From Antedon mediterranea (taxonomy: Eukaryota > Animalia > Echinodermata): a stretch of DNA of 64,000 nucleotides. The stretch lies in NCBI RefSeq assembly GCF_964355755.1, contig NC_092673.1:16526948-16590947 (forward strand), in the 5' to 3' direction. Shown here in pieces: positions 49,766-60,181 of this stretch; positions within the stretch are counted from its first letter, which is position 1, and the number at the start of each line of letters is the position of its first letter. The position numbers and the translations under genes are program-made. Below the pieces are notes generated by a model. The model made no database searches, was not told the DNA's origin, and was given only the letters and a program-made list of their open reading frames with translations.

Positions 49766-50998
49766 TTAAGAGAGAATGGCTTTCTGACGTTTATCTATTT
49801 TACCTCGACAAATCGGACACAACAGCAAACTGTTTGAACACGACCAGCAGGCGACCAAATGCGAACATGGAATGAAAAGAACACAAACGTCAGCGTCCAT
49901 GCATATCTTACATGTTTTTTTTTCGCGTAAATCGCGCACAACAGATTGCAAATCTTCTTCTTCCTCCACTTCTTCCTCTTCTACCACTGTTGGTTTATCG
50001 TTCACTGGAATCGTGACAGCGTTCAGAAGCTCAAGGCTAGACGTAAAGTTTCCACCGGTTCTCTTCACGTGATCGTTTACAGTAGTCGATACATGTTGCA
50101 TGTCAAAACCCATTTCTAAAACTTTCACAACGATTTCAGAGCGCATTGCAATATCAAACGGACTTTTTGACGAAATAAGAGCCGTCTCGATGAAAGGAAA
50201 ACCTTTTTCGATTCTCAACCAATTGCAGAACGGAAACCACTTTGCATGCTCGATCCAAGGATTATCGTCTAATTGCCAGTCTTTCAGTCCACCGCCGCAA
50301 TGGAAACACATTGCCTGGCTCCGATTGATTGCAAAGAATCCGGCCTCGGCTATTCCGTTCGGCGTATGATCGGTAGCCCATACTGTAGTAAACGTCATTT
50401 TTCGAACATTCAAAAGAGCGTATTGTGGATGCATTGCCCGTTGCCTATTGGTGGTGGTGGTGGTGGGGGTCGCCACGGTGGCCGCGGTGGATAACATGAA
50501 CTTACACAACGGAAAATGTTTTCTATGCTCTTCGTCGACATTCACTCCTCTTTTCCATCGCTCAAGTAAACCGTTGCAAGAGAAGCATTCGACTACGTCA
50601 CAGCATGACCTGTAATAAAATCCAGACTTTGCTAAAGTGCACGCCGATACGATGTGTCCAAATGGCCAGTTTTTAAAAGTCGACAATCTGACCATATGCG
50701 AGTTTGAGTCGACCAAATGTGTTTTACTGCCGATTAAAGGACTGCTGTTACCACATGACATCAGTTTGCACAACGGGAAGTGTTTCTTGTGCTCTGTATC
50801 GGCATCTGCTCCGGCGTTCCATCTCGAAAGTTTACCGTGACAACGGTAACATTCTACCCGGTCGTCTTGCCCCGTATAAAAGAAGCCCGACATTGCTAAC
50901 GATGTAGGCGATATCACGTGTCCCGCAATCCAAAACTCATACGTGGCCAATCGTCTTTCATAACATTCCATCGCGCCTGTATGCACTATTTTATTCAT
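49766..50998 (-). CDS. Inhibitor of apoptosis: 3 BIR + UBA-like + RING
   Basis: Three Cx2C-x16-H-x6-C BIR domains; VLEMGF UBA-like; CKICMD...PCSHLVAC..C...CPICR RING; intronless; ATG at 50998. Confidence 0.95.
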   Translation of the reverse strand: MNKIVHTGAMECYERRLATYEFWIAGHVISPTSLAMSGFFYTGQDDRVECYRCHGKLSRWNAGADADTEHKKHFPLCKLMSCGNSSPLIGSKTHLVDSNSHMVRLSTFKNWPFGHIVSACTLAKSGFYYRSCCDVVECFSCNGLLERWKRGVNVDEEHRKHFPLCKFMLSTAATVATPTTTTTNRQRAMHPQYALLNVRKMTFTTVWATDHTPNGIAEAGFFAINRSQAMCFHCGGGLKDWQLDDNPWIEHAKWFPFCNWLRIEKGFPFIETALISSKSPFDIAMRSEIVVKVLEMGFDMQHVSTTVNDHVKRTGGNFTSSLELLNAVTIPVNDKPTVVEEEEVEEEEDLQSVVRDLREKKTCKICMDADVCVLFIPCSHLVACWSCSNSLLLCPICRGKIDKRQKAILS

Positions 50999-51095
50999 TT
51001 CTGTCTGTGTGCGCGAGCGGGTGTGTGTGTGTGTGTGTGTGTGGCCCGAAGAGTATATATTATAGCAATTTGTAAATTCAGATTCACCACACACG

Positions 51096-51458
51096 ATGGA
51101 GGATTCGATCGCAAAAGAAATGAACACTGTTGTGGAAAATCTGAAATCGATATATTTTAAACAATTCTCTGATATTTTGAATACGATGATTAGAAACGGA
51201 TGCAACGGATGTATTCACGAGCATCCTTCTCAGATCGAACATGATCTATGTTTGATGGCTCCGGATAGAGAGAATATAGAACGTTTCTTTGACAACATTG
51301 TTATCGATAAAGAGGTACTGTTCATAGAATGGTGTCATCAAAATGCTGATTTTCTGGAAAGTTGCTCTAATGTCAACGCCTGGTTCGAAGTTCTATTGTC
51401 GGAAATAAAAGATAGCAACAATTTAATCGATCAAATATACCGTTATAGATTAATTTAA
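51096..51458 (+). CDS. Small protein with CxGC-HPSQ-H-C putative metal-binding motif
   Basis: ATG ORF of 120 aa containing CNGCIHEHPSQIEHDLC. Confidence 0.65.
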   Translation: MEDSIAKEMNTVVENLKSIYFKQFSDILNTMIRNGCNGCIHEHPSQIEHDLCLMAPDRENIERFFDNIVIDKEVLFIEWCHQNADFLESCSNVNAWFEVLLSEIKDSNNLIDQIYRYRLI

Positions 51459-51590
51459 TTTCTCTTGCGCCGGTATTTTCTTCGGTAGATTTGATATGAA
51501 TTTTTACTCGACATACAACTTGTAATATAGAAACAACTGAATGTATTCTCCTTCATTCATAAGCAAGTCAAACACGAGTGTAGGTGCAGA

Positions 51591-53021
51591 ATGATTTCAT
51601 CCAATGATCTGGTGAAAACGACCGCAGAGAAGGTTATGCCTAAGTCAGATGATTTGTTACAGGACGAAAACGCTTCGTTGAAGAAAAGTGTAAAATGTAT
51701 ACACCTTCTAGAACAGTTGTTGAAAGACCGTGATAAATCGTTGAACCACTTAGAGAAGACGGTAAAAAACTATAAATTATGTATTGAACATCTACAATGG
51801 CGCTTACACAAACACAACTTGGACTCATCAGTTGATTTGAAAGAACATGAAATATTCGAGCCTGGTCACGATAAACCGATTTTAATAAGCTTGTTGAATG
51901 ACGCTATACGATATAAAAGATTTCTTGACGAGAAGTTTAGCTCCGAAGAGGTAAGACGAAACTAAGTGTGAGAATATTTGTCATGAATTCGTTAAAATTA
52001 TCATAGTGGTGTGAGTGTGTGATTTATTATTATTTTTTTTTAATGTTCAGGTTGCCGAAGCAAAAGAAACCATTTCTGTTCTTGAGAAAGAAGTTAGTAA
52101 GCTGTGTGTACAGTTGAAACGGAAAGAGAACGAACTCATTGTTGTTTTAACTAAAATGAGATCCTCAGACGACGAGAAAGATGTAGTAATTAGTAAGTTA
52201 AAATGTCAGCTACGAGATTATTTTTCACAGCGTAACAATGATGACGCTGTTCGTGACACGTTGAGCTCCGAAATAAGAACATTAAAATCAAATACTGAAC
52301 AGTTTGTTGAAGAGAAAAAGAAGATAACAAATGAACTAAAAGCATATGCGCAAAGAGAGAAGGTATGGGTACAGGAAAGAAATATGTGTTTTGCTCACGC
52401 TAGAATTTTACATTCAGAATCAAAGTTCGAAGATGAATGTAAAACGTTGCAAGAACAGGTTCGAAATTTAAGTCGTGAAAATACAGATTTATGTAGGCAA
52501 TTAAAAGAGATAATTGTTATGAACACTCGCTGGCAAAAGTACTCTGAACAAAGAGAAGCACACGTTGTGCAGTTGAAACAACAATTGAAAGTATCTGAAA
52601 ACAAAGTTTTCAAGAATCATTGCCTTATTTCTGAACTTGAGCGGATGGAAAAAGAGAAACGAAAAAAAGAAATCGATACTGCTGTTCTTAGTTTGGCCAG
52701 GGAGTTGTTATTGGCAACAGATTTGGGAAAGACATGCGAATTGAATTGACTAAACACAATAACAGACTTGATGAAATAATTGGTCAATATCAAGAGACGT
52801 ATGCGTCACTTCAACAATCTTACTTACCTTCTTCTAATACTCCCGATATTCTTGAATTAGTTTGTGATGATGATGATTATGCAGCTGTAGAAGACGGTAA
52901 TTTGGATGAATTATTACAATGTCCTCGTTTTCTGAAAGAGTTTAATATCATAGAACATGTTCAGTTAGTTGATCATTTAGATACATGTGATGTTGATGAA
53001 TACAATAATTCTATCTTATAA
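51591..53021 (+). pseudogene. TNIP2(ABIN-2)/CEP55-like coiled-coil gene, one intron (51951-52050), apparent frameshift near 52700-52750
   Basis: GTAAGA..TTCAG phase-0 intron joins two ORFs; EABR-like LKEIIVMNTRWQKYSEQREAHV; C-terminal zinc-finger-like LQCPRFLKEF...HLDTC in a shifted frame. Confidence 0.7.
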
Positions 53022-53179
53022 AATCTGTGCTGTTTTTTGTTTTTATTTTTGTTTTTTTTGTTTCTTGCTAACAATCATTAATCAATAATAAAAGAAATTA
53101 ACATAATCTATAGTACGATCTATTCGATAACAATAAAGTGCATTTGGTAATCTAGACGGGTATGTATGCTTTTAATATA

Positions 53180-53850
53180 AATGATGGCGTGTTTTTCTCT
53201 AACACGATGTTCTCAATAAAGGAATAATAAATTGATAATAAAGTGTGTATTTTGTAAACTAAACAGTATACAGAATTAAAAGTGTATTCGAAGTTATACT
53301 AAACGTAGAAGACGGCGTGTTTGTTCTCGATAAAGGGATACTGAATTAAACGGCGTATAGTACTAATATTGTAGTCCTGATAACGAAGAAAATAAGTATT
53401 GCGCCCTCTATTGACAGATAATATGACTATTATTATTATATCGTGACAGACAATATACTGTTTTTTTTTAAACGGGTATAATATTCTTTTATTATAGAAG
53501 ACGGCGTGATGTTCTGTAACGCGATGTTGTCGATAAAGGGATAATGAATTGATAAAGGGATAATGAATTGATAATATTGAGTGAGAAGTATAAGGAAAGA
53601 TCTAGAAGATTATAAACATATTTTGTATAACAGGATGTATGTTCTCTCTTGTGTGTGTGTAAACTGAATGCTTAAACATTGATGCACACTGTCATTGAGG
53701 TCGAAGTAATCAAAGGCTGTTTTCTAATTGTTGATAATCTATTGAATTCGAAAGTAATCTATTGAATTCGGAAGTGATTTGTTGAAATCGGGTCATATCT
53801 TAATTGCCTTGAAAGAAATATAAAGCAAGTTACATATTTTTGGAAAGCTT
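53180..53850. repeat. Diverged copy of the non-coding block repeated at 59.2 and 60.9 kb
   Basis: Shared aaagtgtattcgaagttatactaaacg, gtagtcctgataacgaa, cgccctctattgaca, gataaagggataatgaatt x2; 53713-53850 matches 60725-60860. Confidence 0.85.
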
Positions 53851-54685
53851 AGAGAGTATAAACGTGTACTGCCCTTGGTGAAGAAAGTCTTGAAGATGAG
53901 TTTTTCATAAATTTTTAATGTCCCAATGTATTATGTACATCGAACGAATACCCATTGAAAAGTTAAACAATCAAATGCTTTGACTTCTTACCGAAGTAAA
54001 AAAAAAAGATTTTAATTGATTTACTCATCATTATACAACATGCGACGAATGCACGACATGTTATGCCTCTTCAGTTCTCTCTTTGTTGTAAACTGAATGT
54101 TTAAATATTGACGCGCGCTGTCATTGGCGTCGATGTAAAGCTTTTATTTTTCTAAAACATTATCGACTGAACGCTATGCGTACTATCACATGTTGAATGC
54201 TTTAACAATAAATGGGCACTGTCCTTGAGAGGGAGGTCTTGAATATGAGTTTTTCATAACACAAAGTTTATTCGAGTTTATAGTAACGGACTTTCTATTT
54301 AGAAACAAATGAGAGAAGATTTGTTAATTGCGTAATACTTTTATTGATTTTTACTTTACCTATATAAAATACAATGTAAACAAAACTAATGCCCATGATT
54401 CAGTGACAACAAAGTATTGCACCCTATATCTATAATTTATAAAATCGAATTCAATCAATTCACGTTTTATTTCAGAACAAAGTCCATATCATAACACACA
54501 ACAATATTCAATAAATTAATGTAAGTAAGTAAAAAAAAATATATAAAACAAGTCGCACAAAAATGCCGTCGGAAAACCGTCGGTTTTAAATTAGGAGTGA
54601 AAAAAACATTTTAATGGCTATACTGTTACGTAAAAAGTATACATGAAATTATGTATACAGAAGTTCAATCCATTTTCTGTGCAAT

Positions 54686-54717
<32 letters not shown>

Positions 54718-54742
54718 ATTTATTTTAAAAAAAAACCAAAAA

Positions 54743-56383
54743 TCATCTACATGGTCGTTTAGCAGATGAAACCTCTTCTTCATCATCGGCCACCACCACC
54801 GTATTATATTCGGATCTGGATTTTTCGACGCTTACTATGAGCGGTACGTCGTCGTTGACTTTCACATACATTCGGCGTATTCCATCATGTAATTTTAATT
54901 TAGCGTTGGTGCCGAATGAATTCGACAAATGTTTAATGTCCTCGTCGCTGAACACGCAGAATTCTACTGTAGTTGCAATATATTGACTCAGTCTGAGAGC
55001 CGACATGAGAAACGACATGATCAGTTTCCGATCGTTTGACATGATGTGCATATGTTCCACCACCACAACGTTTCGATTCGGGCTTTCGTTGCCAAATTTG
55101 ATGTCTCCAATCGAAATGTCATGTTCGTGTACTAGATACACCAATCTATCTTCAACGCGTTTCAACGAAAACTGTTTACCGCCAAACAATACAGTTGAGT
55201 CGTGTAGTTTCGAAGCCGCCTTTTCTAGTTTCGATACACATCGACGTTCCGGTACAGGGTTCAAACATTCTTTTAAAGCGTCCGTAAACTCGACTCCCAA
55301 GAACGGACTGAATCTATCGATGTATGAATTGTATTTCTTGCTGCTGGAACAATGCGACAGTGAAAATGCGTCGGTCAGTGATCTATCCGGATTCACGTGC
55401 GTGTACCAAAACTGGAGATCACGTTCGTTCATCGGACCACGTAGTTCTACCGAATGTCTACACACCTTAATCAAATTGTTGTACGCAAATTTGTCCTTTT
55501 TTAAATCACAATAGTCGCTTTGCGTCTCAAACTTATTCCGATTGTTGTCATCATAAAACATTAAAGCCACACTCATCGAGGCGCTGTAAACGTCCGAATT
55601 TCGACGCAACATCTTCACTCGTCTGTCTGACATCACATGACTTATGTCCCTGAAAGGTATCCTTGTCAGTTTCTCCTCACTCCTGACGCACGAATAGTTT
55701 GGTTCGGTGTCGGAAAAGCGTAGTCGACTTCCCGGTGGCAAGTACTTTGACGCCATGGAACCGGTTCGAACGATACCCAAACACCGATGGCCATGTCTCT
55801 CTTTCACAGAAACGCCAAACGTGCTTGCACCGTGCTTTGTAAACTCGGCAGAACCAAAGTCTATTATACGAAATCGATTATCTAATCGACTATACGCCAC
55901 GTTCTCGATTGTTATGTCGTTGTGAACCACACCTGCGTTTTCGAGAAACGTCAACGCTTTGCAAACATGTAACGAAAGCGTTTTCACGCAAGGCAGAAGC
56001 TTGTAACAATAGCGTACCCTGTACAGATTACATCCTTCGTTTCTCATTGTGATTGATATTGCGATGTTACGCCGATAAGAAACTTCGAGCAGACGAGGCG
56101 TACACATTCGAGCCGCGTCCGTTTGTTTTAAGTGTGCAAGAACCAAAACTTCCTTGTTTCCCGACAAGTTCACGTCTTCATGCTCGAGCGTAGACGTGTG
56201 GCTGGCCGTGAAATCATACAATGTCTTTATCACAACGTGCACGTTTTCTTTAGCTGTCTTCACTTTGCCATGTTTCCCACTTTCTTGAATTCGAATAGCG
56301 CCGTACTTGCCGTTTACAGCCGGTAAACTTTCATACTTTCTCGTTGTTATTTGCGTCTTGTACAGGGGTAGAAATTCAACCAT
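54743..56383 (-). CDS. Divergent Ser/Thr protein kinase (paralog 2)
   Basis: NGKYGAI, VVIK, HNDITIEN, DFG, RDISHVMSDR, SDVYS, LNPVPERR colinear with paralog 1; first ATG at 56383. Confidence 0.85.
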   Translation of the reverse strand: MVEFLPLYKTQITTRKYESLPAVNGKYGAIRIQESGKHGKVKTAKENVHVVIKTLYDFTASHTSTLEHEDVNLSGNKEVLVLAHLKQTDAARMCTPRLLEVSYRRNIAISITMRNEGCNLYRVRYCYKLLPCVKTLSLHVCKALTFLENAGVVHNDITIENVAYSRLDNRFRIIDFGSAEFTKHGASTFGVSVKERHGHRCLGIVRTGSMASKYLPPGSRLRFSDTEPNYSCVRSEEKLTRIPFRDISHVMSDRRVKMLRRNSDVYSASMSVALMFYDDNNRNKFETQSDYCDLKKDKFAYNNLIKVCRHSVELRGPMNERDLQFWYTHVNPDRSLTDAFSLSHCSSSKKYNSYIDRFSPFLGVEFTDALKECLNPVPERRCVSKLEKAASKLHDSTVLFGGKQFSLKRVEDRLVYLVHEHDISIGDIKFGNESPNRNVVVVEHMHIMSNDRKLIMSFLMSALRLSQYIATTVEFCVFSDEDIKHLSNSFGTNAKLKLHDGIRRMYVKVNDDVPLIVSVEKSRSEYNTVVVADDEEEVSSAKRPCR

Positions 56384-56395
56384 AGCAGCAGCACA

Positions 56396-58876
56396 ATGTC
56401 GGCGATTTACAGATGGCAAGACACAAATTCAAAGAAATTGTACGCGGCACTGATCGTTGAACGTAAATGGATAATACTGGAACGTTTCTCCCCTAGTGAT
56501 GAATGGAGTCCACCGTTGCCTACACTCGACGTTACACCGGACACATTGGAAATCGAAATGATAACAAAGCCAAGCTGGAACGGTGTTGTGTTCGGAGACT
56601 ATAATCCGCATCCGTTGCGTGAGCGAGGAGTCGCAATGAGACCGACGCTAAATTTAGCTTCGAATCTGTCGATGGCGCAGATATCCGAATGGCCAACGCA
56701 TGTCGGTAAGTTCACCGATACCGATATGACGTACGAGAAGAGAACCGATGTTCTTGTGATTAACGGCTGTAGGGTAAACAGATCATATCCGACAATTTCG
56801 AGAATCATCAATCATCATCTTCACCACCACCGTCCCAATGTGAAAACTAAAAACAAACGTCGACTCATCACGCATATTACACCACCACCACCATCACCAC
56901 CACCACCACCACCACCATCATCATCAGAAGAAGAAGACTTTATGCACACGCCTCGAATGTTGAAGCTGTTCACGTCGATGACAAGCGATCCGAACGTAGC
57001 TCTATTGGCACTCTCATTTGAGCTGTTCACCGCGTCTACCAAAAATGTGCACGCGCTACGACGGCTGCTCTCGAACATATGCGAGAGAACATCGGCATCA
57101 GATCACATACTGACGCAATCGAAACAGTTTTGGTTTCATATGCGATCGCATGGAATCAATCAACACAACTGGCATTCAAAATCTCCATCGAATGTCGTTG
57201 CAAAGGCGAGAGAGTATCATCGTCCGCCAGTACAAGACGAATTGATTCTGGCCAGCGTTCTGTTGTGGGAAACGGCCACGTTTGCGCGTGGTAGACGTAC
57301 CCCGTTCACTTTTGAAGCAGTAAAGATGCAGTGTTATTTGAACGAAGCGCGTGCTGCTGCTGCTGCTGCTGCTGTTGAAGAAGAAGAAATCCTACGCAGA
57401 GCGTTGAATGAAGTCGCCAAGAAAAGAGAACGCACGACGTTCGCGTTAGAAGCTGAGAAGATGGGTCTAGAGAACTACGCAGTTATGAACGGTGTCTACA
57501 TCGATCTTGAAACAGTTTTGTTCAATCTTCCAAAATTACGCGCTACTCTCTACAAAGAAATCGGAAAAAGATTGTTACTGTTTGAGGATTTTGAAACGAC
57601 GATTCAATGTCTGTGCCTGGACGTGCTTCGACAAGCTTCTTCCTTCTTGAGCAGTTTCGAACTCATCAAATCCATCGCTCCTTTGTATCCGAAAAAACGC
57701 AGACGAATCACACAGAAACGCATCGAAGGAATCGACAGGTTTCTTACGAATTTTGAGCGACGCGTTGACGGCAAACGAAGAAAACGTTTTGTCAAGTACC
57801 TGCAAACTTGGATTCCGAAATTTCCTGTTCCGGAACACGACGGTTACGCTTCCTTACAACAAAGATGCGATCAAAACGAGGCGCTTCGACTGTTTGCAAT
57901 TGCCTATCCGGCCATAACATTCTCGTTCGCCGTTCCCGAAGTAAAAAACGACGCCCAGCTTATGTTTGCTCTCGCCAACTGCACATCACACCTGGGTAGA
58001 CTGATGTGGTTTGACTTTGATCCGGTGACGGTACGCATCAGATCATCCGTGATCGGTCTCACGCCCCTACAAGAACAACGCCTCGAAATGGCTTCTCTTC
58101 AACCAGCGTATGACGCGTACGAAGAGTCTATCCGCGTCACTCAGCACATTAGACACAGTATACCTTTCATGCACGCATCGATATTCGAAGGCGTTCAAGC
58201 CAACGTGGTTTGCCGACAGAACGAACGCTACGTAACTCGTCTCTCGGCATATCCTCTTATCTTGGCCTCGTATGACGTTATAGACGCGAATGAAGGTAAT
58301 CGGCAACCTCCACAACCCAAACACGGAGAATGTACATCCTATTACCAGAACGTTGTCACTGTCGACAATGCTGGAGTGGTTAAATGGAATCATACATCGC
58401 CATGTTTTGCGCGATTCATTCAATGTGCAAACGTTTTGCTTTTATGTCATAAGAAATCAGACTTTGTTCGTGGCCCTATTCATTCCCCTGAAGATAGCGT
58501 TCACGTACTTTGTCAACTTGCACTCGATCACAAGGACGACGATAACGATGACGGAGAACTTGCGTCACCGAGATCGTTTCCTTGTCATCTACCTCGACCG
58601 TTTGATGACAATATAGTATTGATAAACGATGACAGTGGTGGTGATGGCGAGGAGAAAATACGGTTCTGTATCGTCAGCCCGGACGATATGAGGCCTTTTT
58701 TCCCAAAAGATTTCATCGAAAGTATCATTGCCGATCCCCATCGGACGCCCGTTATACAGAAAAAGATGGTGTTTTACTTGAGGGCCGATCTTACCAATGA
58801 ATACACAGAAAATCACTTTCTCTCCGACAAGGACAGAAGTGTTCTTGTAGCCGGTTCAATCATAAGACGTCGGTGA
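56396..58876 (+). CDS. Orphan protein, 826 aa
   Basis: Long uninterrupted ATG ORF with poly-H, poly-P and poly-A tracts; no family recognised. Confidence 0.8.
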   Translation: MSAIYRWQDTNSKKLYAALIVERKWIILERFSPSDEWSPPLPTLDVTPDTLEIEMITKPSWNGVVFGDYNPHPLRERGVAMRPTLNLASNLSMAQISEWPTHVGKFTDTDMTYEKRTDVLVINGCRVNRSYPTISRIINHHLHHHRPNVKTKNKRRLITHITPPPPSPPPPPPPSSSEEEDFMHTPRMLKLFTSMTSDPNVALLALSFELFTASTKNVHALRRLLSNICERTSASDHILTQSKQFWFHMRSHGINQHNWHSKSPSNVVAKAREYHRPPVQDELILASVLLWETATFARGRRTPFTFEAVKMQCYLNEARAAAAAAAVEEEEILRRALNEVAKKRERTTFALEAEKMGLENYAVMNGVYIDLETVLFNLPKLRATLYKEIGKRLLLFEDFETTIQCLCLDVLRQASSFLSSFELIKSIAPLYPKKRRRITQKRIEGIDRFLTNFERRVDGKRRKRFVKYLQTWIPKFPVPEHDGYASLQQRCDQNEALRLFAIAYPAITFSFAVPEVKNDAQLMFALANCTSHLGRLMWFDFDPVTVRIRSSVIGLTPLQEQRLEMASLQPAYDAYEESIRVTQHIRHSIPFMHASIFEGVQANVVCRQNERYVTRLSAYPLILASYDVIDANEGNRQPPQPKHGECTSYYQNVVTVDNAGVVKWNHTSPCFARFIQCANVLLLCHKKSDFVRGPIHSPEDSVHVLCQLALDHKDDDNDDGELASPRSFPCHLPRPFDDNIVLINDDSGGDGEEKIRFCIVSPDDMRPFFPKDFIESIIADPHRTPVIQKKMVFYLRADLTNEYTENHFLSDKDRSVLVAGSIIRRR

Positions 58877-59196
58877 ATGAACACACACGCACACAATTCA
58901 AAACTCGGTGTTCAATTTAGTTATTATTAAGCATTGGCAATTTGGAACAGGACAGTGTAGAAATTGAAACATCATCATCCATTTAAGTTTAGTACTTTTT
59001 TTACGTATGGTGTTTGTTAGCACGCGATTAATAGCGCCTACAATTTTCGGTGAAGATATATACTTATTGTCAAACCTGCTAATGATAAAATAATTTTCAT
59101 AAAGCCCGGCGAGCAGTCTTGTCCAAAAAAAAAAAAGAGAGCAAAAGGGTTTAATTTGTGATTGTGAGATTAATATTAAAATAATAATTAAAAAAA

Positions 59197-60142
59197 ATTT
59201 AATTTCAACACAAGGCTCCTTTTGTGGTGACACGAGCCATATTTTCTTTTATTATCCCTAACACAATGTTCTCGAAAAAAAAAATTGACCATAACGTGTC
59301 ACTTTGTAAACTAAACGGTATACATTCTTTTAGTTATAGTTGTTCACTAACACGAATTATTCGATAATGAACCTTAATTAAAAAAAAACAAACAAAAGTG
59401 TATTCGAAGTTATACTAAACGGTATATTAATAGAAGACAAAGTATTTGTTATCGATGAAGGGATAATGAAATTGATATTATTATAATTTAAACGGCGTGT
59501 TTAGTATTTTGTAGTCCTGATAACGAATACAATAAGTAGTTCGCCCTCTATTGACAAATAATATACCTGCGTTATACGCCGCGTGACAGACAATAATTAT
59601 ACTAGGCCTACTGTGTTTCTTAATGGGTATATTTTAGTTTTATTATAGAAGTTCTGTAACGCGATGTTGTCGATAAAGGGATAATGAATTGATAAAGGGA
59701 TAATGAATTGATGATTGAGTGAGAAGTATAAGGAATGATCTAGAAGGTTAAGAACATAATATTTTGTATAAGGGGATGTATGTTCTGTCTTGTGTGTAAA
59801 CTGAATGCTTAAACATTGACGCACACTGCCATTGAGGTCGAAGTAATCTTTGCATACGGATGCGTGTTACTGCTCTATCAAGATCAGGACTGCATTATTC
59901 ACACACATAAAACACTGAGAGTAATAAAGAGAATCTATGCTTGATTGTTTTACACTCGAAAAATGTATTAGTATTTTGTAATAAAATAAAGGTAATTCAA
60001 ATTGTCACATGATGCATTAATAAATTAATTAATGTTCATAAACGTCCAAATACTAGTTTTCTAGCATTTGTATTAAAATAATGCCTGCTATCTGTCTATA
60101 TAGCAGATATATTTTCATGTTTCGTTCTGCTCTGCATACGGG

Positions 60143-60181
<39 letters not shown>

